A stretch of DNA of 64,000 nt from positions 24,366,001-24,430,000 of the forward strand of contig CAIIXF020000001.1 in the NCBI GenBank assembly GCA_903813345.2. Direction: 5' to 3'. This DNA comes from Owenia fusiformis. Taxonomy: Eukaryota. Positions 54,171 to 64,000 of this stretch are shown piece by piece. The position numbers and the translations under genes are program-made. The stretch's first letter is position 1, and the number at the start of each line of letters is the position of its first letter. The notes beneath the pieces are model-generated. The model was not told the origin of the DNA. It saw only the letters and a list, made by a program, of their open reading frames with translations, and made no database searches.

Positions 54171-56203
54171 TGTAGCATATATATATACTTGCTATTTATT
54201 ACTCAGTGGTCTTTTCAGTGACAAACAAGCACTATTACGGTTATTAAACTTTATTAATACACATATAAATTACAATAAATACGACTCTGAAATATTACGT
54301 GTTTTAGAGAATTAAGTTAATATTTATTAAGCACGATAGTCCATAAAGATGCACCAATACGTTAATGAAATGAATGTTTATTGGTATGTTTACTATGTGA
54401 ATATATTTAGTGTCAATGTTCACTTTAATTCAATAGATTGTGATCTAATATTTCATCAACAATGACAACTCTCTTCGGCTAATGGTTCGGCTAATAAATT
54501 CAGCTAATTCGTCGACTAATCTGTCGGCTAATTCGTCGGCTAATCTGTCGGCTAATTCTTCGGCTAACAGGGTTGTTTATGATATTAAGTTCGGCTAACC
54601 AGCTTCGGCTAACAGGATTATTTATAATGTTCGGCTAACTCTTTCGGCTAGCAGAACAATGTTTATAACAATTAGAATTCAGCAACTTGTTTCGGCTAAT
54701 CACTTGATTGAGCTACCATGAAGACTTTTTGTGTGCTTCAATAGGCTAACCAAGAATAACATAACCTTAAACCTGGAAATATATAGAATACAATTCGGCT
54801 AATTAACACAATTCGGCTAATCAACACAATTCGGCTAATTGCTCTGTTCTACTGAATTGACCCATAGATTCGGCTAATTTCCCTGATCGGCCGGCTAATG
54901 TTGTGGAATTTCCGGCTAAACACCAGGCTAAACTCCAAAACAATCGGCTAATTGTAACCCTAGAACAACCCAATATAGAGGGAGAATGCAACATCGGCTA
55001 ATATACCTTTACAATAGCTCAATAGTCGGCTAAAATGGCTAGCTCGGCTAACTTACCACAAGTCTTGTCAGTGGTTTCCGATTCTTCACGAGAATGGCGG
55101 TCGTAACCAGGACACGGACTTATATAGGAATCCAAACCATTGTTTTACGTCATATTCAAACTTCGCGCTTCTATAATGGCAAACTTTTTGCAGAACGGAA
55201 ATAATCTATATATCACTAGTTTTACTTATTTACTCCAAATTAAAGCTTCAATTATATTCTGATAAATCATTTAAGATCCTTGCATTTAATTGCAACATTA
55301 TCAAATATTCAGAAACAGCTTAACGCTTCTCATAAGTTTTGATTTCGTTTCACCATTAATAATCTACTTCCGGTCAGAGCAGAAGAAACCAATTTTAAAG
55401 GAATATTCCTTGCCAAACCATCTCTCTCCTCATATGGTAGCTATAACCATATATATGCTTGCCATGTTTAGCAAAACACGCAAAAATGTTTTGATATGGT
55501 CAAATTTGATCACTTAGAAATGTGATGCTCAATTCCAGTAAGCTGCCATCTTTTAAAATTTCACACAGGAAGTGATGTCATCGACTCTCAACTTTGCATA
55601 TAGCATTAGGTGAGGAGCTATTAAGAATTACAAAACCAGCTAAATATTCTTTTTCAACTTTGTATCTTATTTAATCCTTCTGAAAATCTCTTCTTTTATT
55701 CTAAGTTGACAAGCCCTGAAAATATTTTTGCACAGAAAGTAATGGTCACTTGTCTAGAAGTGATTTTGTGCTACTTTCCTATACTGTTATGGGCAAGGTT
55801 ATAGAAGTTGAGAGTTGATGACATCACTTCCTGCAAGAAATCTTAAAAGATGGCAGCTCACTGGAAATAAGCACTAGCTTTTTAAATGATCAATATTGAC
55901 CATATTAAAACATTTTCCCATGTTTTGCTAAATATGGAAACTATATATATGATTATAGCTACCATATCAAGAGAGAAAGGGTCTGGCAAGGAATATTCCT
56001 TTAAAGATTTCTCGGAACATTTTGTAAGTTTTCTCATTTTTATACTAGACTTCATGTCATTTACGTATAATTTATCGTTTCTTTACATTACAGGGGTAAC
56101 TTTGATCACTGATATAAGTTCGATTTATTATATATATCATATCTTATTGTATAAAAGGACTTCAGATTTTCATTCATAAAAATGACGATCCACGATCGTC
56201 ACA
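54171..56203 (-). mobile_element. Putative 3' LTR of the Gypsy element (left boundary uncertain)
   Basis: Starts TGTGAC at 56203, right after the PPT. Minus-strand TATATAA at ~55120-55126, AATAAA at ~54250-54255, candidate end ...GCTACA at 54171 (alternative GTTACA at 54953). Confidence 0.5.
55399..56000. mobile_element. Kolobok-like MITE inserted in the LTR
   Basis: TTAA|aggaatattccttgcca ... tggcaaggaatattcct|TTAA, with ~200-bp TIRs. Confidence 0.85.
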
Positions 56204-56220
56204 TTACTCCCCTCTTCTTT
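56204..56220 (-). promoter_or_regulatory. Polypurine tract of the Gypsy element
   Basis: Minus strand aaagaagaggggagtaa immediately followed by TGT. Confidence 0.75.
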
Positions 56221-56291
56221 ATGAGATGTGTCCTCACATCTGTCATAAAAGAATAAATATATATATTTAACATATTTACAATTTTCCTTTA

Positions 56292-57537
56292 TTACAATAT
56301 AATACAATTTCTATTAGAGGTCTCTGGTCTATCCCATTGTAGTCTTGCCTGACAGGCAACGTCCTTAGTGTTCAAATTGCTGTCTACAACATTCCCTACA
56401 CTACAACTGTCCTCATCACTACCGCTATTACCATCACTTTCACCGCTACTACTATCACTGTCCCCACTACTACCATCACTGTCCCCACTACTACCATCAT
56501 TGTCCCCACTAATACCATCACTGTCCCCACTACTACCATCACTGTCACTACTACTACCACTGCTCTCACTGCCATCACCCTGTCCATCCCTGCATTCATC
56601 GTCACCAGAACCATCACCTCTATCGCCACATTCACCATCATCATCCTCCACTTCTACACTCTCCTTCGCTACAACAGAGTTCATATATTTCAATATCTCT
56701 CACATATTATTAGTGTTTACTTATTCATTATATACCTTCTATGTATATTACTTTTATTAGTTAAATTATCTCACCTTCTACACTCTCCTTCGCTTTCTGC
56801 TCTTTCTCCCACTCTTCTCTCAACTCCTTCCTCATCGTCTCCCGTTTCCTCTCCTCTCTTTTCTCAGTCTCCTTCGTTCGTCTAATCATTCTCTGCAAGT
56901 TGCTTTCTTGCCTTGGGTTTCTCTTTAGACGAACTAGTGTTGGCGATTCTGAATAAACAGGCAATCCAACCAAATCTATCGACACCCCTGGCTCCTCTCC
57001 CAAATCCTCTTCCGCCTGTATCAGTCTTTGTTCCACCACCTTCTTGTTTTCCACTTCCATCCTCCTTCGCTTTCTCTCCGCATCAACCCTCTTCACCTGC
57101 TCCTTACACTTCTGCTCATGCTCCCTCACTCCCTCAGCCAACTTCTGCTCCAATCCTCGCATCTCCTCATCGAACTTGTTGCATCTTTCCTTGAACTCCA
57201 TCTCTTTACGTCTCCCACTTCCTGCTTCTTCTCTCTCCTTCGTTCTCTCATCTTCTACTTTCCTCCTTTTTACACTCTCCTCCTCCTCCTCCTCCTCGGA
57301 CCTTCTCTTCAACGGTTCTACGTAGTACTTGCTTGGGACAACTTCAAAACCATACTGATGTTCTCTTGACAACTTATGAAGCCTGAGCCTGTGGTTAAAG
57401 AGATCTTCTTTCCTTGTGAAACGTCTATTGCATACATCACATATAAACAACTTGACTGTCCTTTGGTGGACCCGCCTATGCCTGCTCAGGCTACTTGAAT
57501 GTGAGAAGCTCACGTCACAGGATTCACAGGGAAACAT
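56292..57537 (-). CDS. Spliced accessory gene in the Gypsy element: two C2H2 zinc fingers, charged coiled coil, Ser/Gly/Asp-rich tail (~379 aa)
   Basis: Exon 57537-56775 (CESCDVSFSHSSSLSRHRRVH; CDVCNRRFTRKEDLFNHRLRLH), GT-AG intron 56774-56669 (phase 1, G+CG = Ala, in frame), exon 56668-56292. Total 1140 nt, open. Confidence 0.7.
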
Positions 57538-57855
57538 CTGCAAATATAACATGGCAGTTATTAATGATATCTCTCTATCATTTATTTATTATTACTTAAT
57601 TATTACTTTTTTTATATTTTCCTTTTACAGAGCCTATTTAATCACATCAGGATTTACTACATAAATTTTAATACTAAATTTACAATAACCTGACAGCTCA
57701 TTCTCCCCACATCCTCTTCAAAATCCTCCTTCCCCAGAACAGATTTGTTTAAAAAAACAACAAAAAAACAAACAAAACAACAACAACGATAAACATGCGT
57801 CATTATAAATCAATATTTATTAACAGCATATTTAATAAACACTATTTCAATGGAT

Positions 57856-59600
57856 CTAATAAATCCAATCTCCATATCTATTTGGTGACTTCCATAACCT
57901 TCCCCTTTCACTTGTTTTAAGGATAGGTTGGGTATCGTCTTCATCTTCTTGATGATCTGGTTCTTCTATGACTATCTCTTGTTCCATATTTTCGCTACTC
58001 ATACTTTCATTGTTAGTTTGAACATCTGGGAAATATTTCTTAAGTCTGTCTATGTGCACAACTTTTGGAGTTCTATCACTGCTTAATATCTGAACTCTGT
58101 AATTCACGTCAGACATTTTCTCTGTTACTACACATGGACCCTTCCATGGACAACTCAGTTTCTTAGTGTTACCAACTGGGATAGCAGGACAATGCACCCA
58201 AACATGATCATTCTTTTCAAAGGTTCTTGGCTGGACTCTGACATCATAATTCTTCTTCTGTCTATTTGCAGCTTTTCCTAGAACGTCCCTTGCAATTTGA
58301 TGCGCCTCTTCCATCTTTTGTCGAAGTTCAAAGGCATATGCATTCGAGGGCATTGTTGTATTAGGTGGTGCACCAATCTGCAGATCAATAGGCATCTCCA
58401 CTTCTCTTCCAAGCATTAACATGTTTGGACTTTGTCTGGTACTCTCGTGTTGAGGTGCTCTGTATGCCATCAAAAGACACGGTAAATGTTCGTCCCAATC
58501 CCTCTGATTCTTTTGTACATACATGCTCAACATCGTCTCCATGGTTCTGTTAAACCTCTCTACAAGGCCATTACATCTAGGGTGAAACGCTGTCGTACGT
58601 GTTTTCTTTACATCCAGAAGAGAGCACATTTCACTGAACAAAATCGATTCAAAGTTCGACCCCTGGTCTGAGTGAATTTCACGAGGAATTCCAAATCGTA
58701 CGATAAATTCATTGACTATTTTCTTTGCCACAGTTACAGCTGTCTGATTTGGCATTGGGTAACATTCAACCCATTTAGTGAAGTAATCTGTAAGCACCAG
58801 TATATTCCTATTTCCGGAATATGTTTCTGGTAATGGCCCTACAACATCAACAGCCAGCCTCTCCAGAGGTGCTCCAACAGTACACTGTTGAAGTTGAGCA
58901 TTTTTACTACCACCATGATGCTTCTTGGATCCACATTGGTGACACTTTTTAACCCAATCGACAACATCTTCTTTCATTTGATACCAGAAGAAACGATTCC
59001 GCACTTCAGTTAACGTTCTTGCCATACCCAAATGTCCTGCAGTCTTTGAATTGTGCAGAGCATATAATACATCACTTTTCAAGCATGTTGGTAGCACTAG
59101 TTGCCACTTAGTTTGACGTTGATCATCAGAATCCCATTTTCTATATAGAATCTGATCATGAATGACTAAACGTTCCCATTCAGCCAGCAGCATTTTTGTT
59201 GCTGGTGATCTCATAGATACTTTCTCTCCTGTTGGTCGGTCCATACCAGAGGACTTCCAACGTAAGACATGTTTTATGTTATGATCTTCTGACTGCATTT
59301 CCAGAATGGAACTGCGAGTCCAACCTTCAATCCAACTATCGGAATGATTATCAGTTGTATTGACTATGTACACATGGTTTATCACATCACCATGCTTCTT
59401 ATTTTTACTATGTTCTTTTGCCTGTTGTTTCAGGACATCAGATTTAGTTTCAGAGAATAGATCACTCTCTTCGCTTATCCCACATTGTTTACAGGGTATT
59501 CTACTTAACCAATCAGCATTCCCGTGCTTTTTACCAGGACGGTGCTGAATTTCCAATTTCATAGGTTCCGAGTATTTCTAGCCATCGTGCCACCTGCCCT
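57856..59600 (-). CDS. Gypsy/Ty3 integrase portion of pol (open frame, frameshifted from RNase H)
   Basis: HNSKTAGHLG...CHQC (HHCC); AVDVVGPLP, IHSDQGSNFES, NGLVERFNRT (DDE); WKGPCVV (GPY/F-like). Confidence 0.95.
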
Positions 59601-61023
59601 TCAGGTTCTTTGAAATTGAACAGCCAGTGCAATGCAGCATGGTCTGTACGTAGCAAAAACAACTTCATTGCCTTCTTGAACCTGACTCAAAACTCCACCA
59701 ACAGCCCAATCGCTGGCATCAGTATCCAATATGAAACTTTTATCAAATTGTGGATACCTCAATATAGGTGCGCTTTTCAACCGACTTTTCAAGTTCACAA
59801 ATGCTTCTTCACAAGCAGGTGACCAATTGAATGGTTCTTTCTTTTCTGTCAAAAGAGTCAAAGGCTTTGCTATTTCAGAATAATTCTGCACAAATTTCCT
59901 ATAGTACCCACATGTACCAAGAAATGATCGCACTTGAGATGCATCTTTCAAGTGAAGCCATTTTTCAATACACTCTATCTTAGCTGGGTCAGGTGCAATT
60001 CCCGATTCTGAAACAATATGCCCTAGAAATGTCACGCTTTTTCTGAAAAGAAAGCACTTCTTGGCTTTTAATTTGAGTGTATATTTCCTGAATCTCTCAA
60101 AGACATGACTCAATCTCTCAACTTGAGCCTCAAAAGAAGGGGCATAAGTTATGACGTCATCTAAATAGACTAGGCATTCTTCGTATTGTAGCCCTGACAT
60201 AACAACTTCCATCAATCTCTCAAAAGTAGCAGGGGCGTTACACAGCCCAAAAGGCATTACTCTAAAATTATAGAGTCCATTGCCTGTACAAAACGCAGTT
60301 TTGTCCCGATCTCTCTCATCAACTAAACAAGAATCTAAACAAGAATCAATTAATGGTAAAGGATATGCATCCTTATATGTTACATTGTTGACCTTTCTAT
60401 AATCCACACAAAAGCACAGAGTACCATCTTTCTTTTTAACCAAAACGATGGGTGAACTCCATGCACTCTGAGATCTTTCAATAACACCTCTTTCAAGCAT
60501 ATCATTTATTTGTCTATCAACTTCAGATTTCTGATGATATGGGACTTTCCGCGGCCTCTGTCTTATAGGCCTCGAATCACCCACATTTATAGTGTGTTTC
60601 ACAGCATCTGTCTGACCTAAATCACTATCAGATGTAGTAAAAATGTCTTCATAATCGATTAGCAATTTTGTAACAATTGCTTTTTGATCACAGTCTAGAT
60701 TTTCCGTAGACCTTTCAACAAGATCCACCATATGCTCTGGTATGGCTTTCAAAGTATCTGATTTATTGACTAAATTTACTCGCACATTCTTACCAGGCTT
60801 TGCCTTTTTGGTATCAACTATTTCATCGACATCTAAGGATATCATCTCAAATTGCCCTAAAACCGACCCCTTCCTAAGAAACTGGGGCTCAGTACTGGTA
60901 TTAATAACTTTTACAGGCATTTGACCTGCCATTTGTACCAGAGAATTAGCAATAGCAATATCACTGTCTTGATGATTTATTATCACACCCAGTATGACAT
61001 CATTGTCTAACATCTTGTTTGTA
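59601..61023 (-). pseudogene. Gypsy/Ty3 RT-RNase H portion of pol, with internal deletions
   Basis: WSSPIVLVKKKDG, FCVDYRKVN, MPFGLCNAPATFER, YLDDVI, FILDTDAS are present. The first catalytic Asp block (LDLxxGYxQ) is missing at ~60324-60347, and the RNase H core is deleted/frameshifted at ~59660. Confidence 0.93.
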
Positions 61024-62929
61024 CACTGTAAACCTGCATAGTATAAATGCGGCAGTTCGCTTGTCACTGGTAGAAAGTCATTAATCACACATCTGGTGTT
61101 CTTGCACATGCGTAGTGGTAATAAAATCTGTCTTAGAAAATATGGCTGTGGTGTTTGAAGGCTATGTCATGTTGTCTGGTAAGCTTAAAATCTATGATTT
61201 CTACCTACATTTCTCTGTTTAAACCTATTGCCTAATTATCTTAAGATATTAAAGACTTGCTGAATCATATTTATTTGGTCATTATGTTACTATTTTAAAG
61301 GTATCAGTTAATTTAAAATATATATTTTTTGCATTTTTAAGTGTACTTTTCCTTCATATTTTCTATCTTTTCCTACTTTTTTACTTCAAAACTTTTTTCA
61401 TAGTGAGAATCAATGGGGTATTATGAAACAATATCACTTGAAGAAAAGTGTACATTATTTTGTTTAAAGAAGATATTGGAATTTTAATTTGGTAGGTGTT
61501 GGCCAAAGTTGATATTTTTAACATTAGTTTGAATAGGCAACTTTGAGCTGTTGCTTGCAGAAAACAAGTGATATATCAAAGGAAAAAAATAATGTAGAAA
61601 ATTGATTTAGATGAGCAGAAAGACGAGACTTTTAAGTACAAAACCATCAAAAAATTATAGGATTCAAAAAGTAGAATCAATTCTCGAAATCGTTGTTCCC
61701 TCTTCAAAAGAGAAGACGCGAAAATCTTTCCTTATAAGGGCAAAATATTTCCCATGATGCAGTTCGCGGAGGAACAAATTTATACTTCCTTATTTTCCCT
61801 CATAGGTTTAACATGGGGATTTTCACACCTATTTTTCAAACGATATATTCATTCATATTCCCGTACAAGAGTACAGAAAAAATTATTAGAAACGATTGAT
61901 CTCTCATTAATCTTAATATAACAGCTATTTTTTTCATTGTATTAATTAATAGCGCGGTGAAAACGATGATTGAAAAGTGAGAAAATATTCCGGAAGAGAA
62001 TGTCACGTGATCGGTAGACTAGTCGCCATATTGGAAAAAACAATTCCATTCGACTTTCAATACTTTCATGCCAATCTTACCGCACTACAAACTGCGACAT
62101 CGATGCAACAACTGAATAAAAGTATTCATCTTCAAATTACATTATAGAGTTACGTTGAAAACCCACAAACAACTGAGCAGTAGACCAAAGAAGACGCGTC
62201 GCTATTATATAGGTCAATCTGTTCAGTGGTCTGAAAGCAAATCTATAGTACTCGTTTCCGAATTTTGTTGTTCATTGTACAATCTTTTATTGATTAAACT
62301 CGGTATACTGACTATTAAAGCAATGACAAAGAAGAATACTTACGATGGTGCCATTGTTTTATTTAGCGTGCGGGTGTAATCACAAAATTGAGTAATTAGT
62401 TTGATTTAGAACTTTCGTGTCACACAAATAGCTACGCGAAATGCAGTGGGAAAATATTGACCAATCAAATTTTGTCCTTTTTGAGTGCTTTTTCAGTGTA
62501 TATTTGCGAACGTTCTGATTCAAAGAGCGAACCGCGAAAAGGAGAATTGGAAAAGTGACTTTTCATGCAAATGTGTACTAAAATTAAAATTTTATTCATG
62601 AACTAGTGTTTCATTTACAAAAGATAGATACAATGGAATGTGTTAGAATTCGGTTGATTATGATTGAAGTTTGTTAACTTTTTTTACATCTTTGAATTAC
62701 CAATTGATCATTCTTTCTAGTTATTGCAAAAGATAAAGTTTCTAAGTAAGTTTAAACGAGGAATAACATGAAAAGAGATTGCGGTTTAATTAACCAAAAG
62801 TGGCTATAGCATTAACTTTCTACAGTGGAAGACTGTTTGACCTACTAGTAAACAAAGCTAAGAACTGGATACTGGGCTAATTAATCAAAACCAGCTTGAC
62901 AAGCGAACTGCCAGCTTAGGTTTACAGTG
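61024..62929. mobile_element. CMC (Chapaev-like) non-autonomous DNA element inserted in pol
   Basis: TIR cactgtaaacct..ggcagttcgcttgtca / tgacaagcgaactgcc..aggtttacagtg; 4-bp TSD TGTA (61020-61023, 62930-62933). Confidence 0.8.
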
Positions 62930-63772
62930 TGTACACAATTCTATAGAATCAATCTTATTCTGATCTCGGAAATCATGTCTTTTTAAGTTATTTCCTTTGA
63001 TCTGACTTTCACCATCTCCATTTTGATTCATAGGACTCTTATAAGTCTTTGTGTGTTTTGTTGATGTATACGGTACGGTACCTACATCCGGTTCGGCACC
63101 AACTTCCGGTACGAAACACATTTCCGGTTCGTTACCAACTTCCGGTTCGCGTACTTTGGTTTCATTTACACACCCTATACTACTTTCGTTTTTAATAAAT
63201 TTTCCAGAAATAACCATTTCGTGTTTTCCAGGAACAAAAATGGATTTTGCTACCACTATTCTATTTACAATACCATCGCCATCGTTTTCAAAGACATTTC
63301 TGTTCTCTTTCCTAGATAATTGTAACATATTTGACTTAAAATCTATATTACAATGATACTTTTCAAGTACGTCTGTACCAAATAACGCGTCACAATCAAT
63401 GTCAGCAACAATCACATCGTGCTGTATTTCTAGTGCATCCATCATGATATTCAATTTACATGAACCATGCACTGTCATTGGCCTTCCATCTGCCACTTTA
63501 TATACATTATTTACATCATTTAGCAACGGTCTATTGCCGTTAGCACGTACTTCCACAAACACATCATACGATATAATAGTAACATCACAACCACTATCTA
63601 CACAAAATTTTACACGTTTATTATTTACAAAACTATTTACAAATATTCCATTTGGTTCTTTATACATAGGTACTGTAACACATGTCCCATTTTCGTTACA
63701 GTTGGCTGAGTTCTGGGACTCTGCCTCAGCCATCGTTAGTTTCCCTGTTTGATTACTTTTGGATTCGTACAC
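62930..63772 (-). CDS. Gypsy aspartic protease portion of pol
   Basis: VKFCVDSGCDVTIIS and ALFGTDVL motifs. The element continues past the right edge (gag not identifiable in the window). Confidence 0.9.
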
Positions 63773-64000
63773 CGATCTTTAAAATGTCCAAATTCCAAGC
63801 AATTCCAACATTGTATCTCCTCCATGGAATATCGTTTCTTCTTACTATCATCCTGTTTGTTCTTCATGTTCATCTTTGACATTGATTCCTCTATTCATGT
63901 CAGCGTTTTCTTTAGTTCTGCTATTTCATCGTTACTATTAGTGATCGCCCTTACATTACTAGTGATACTAGAAGCACTTCTTCTTTGTCTTTCCGCAAGA

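Noticed and set aside
56368-57369. Plus-strand Leu/Ser/Pro-rich ORFs
   Set aside because: Antisense shadows of the low-complexity minus-strand gene.
56292-57552. env gene
   Set aside because: No signal peptide or transmembrane segment; the protein is charged and has zinc fingers.

Overview
AT-rich eukaryotic DNA, most consistent with a repeat-dense region of a marine invertebrate genome (inferred from GT-AG introns and the TE types seen). No intact housekeeping gene, rRNA, tRNA or CRISPR array is supported. The window is largely nested transposable elements: LINE RT remnants; hAT, Academ and mariner transposase remnants; many non-autonomous DNA elements whose TIRs and TSDs can be read directly; and a disrupted Gypsy/Ty3 LTR retrotransposon at the right end (minus strand, ~54.2 kb to beyond 64 kb). 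Two items stand out. (1) A spliced tyrosine-recombinase gene at 44611-49240(+), with N-terminal C2H2-like fingers and its R-K-R-H-Y catalytic motifs spread over three phase-0-joined exons. Two short palindromic elements elsewhere in the window have a Crypton-like layout and could be non-autonomous partners. (2) A spliced C2H2 zinc-finger/coiled-coil/acidic accessory gene between the Gypsy integrase and its PPT/3' LTR. Superfamily names come from termini, TSD length and recalled motifs, not from database searches.
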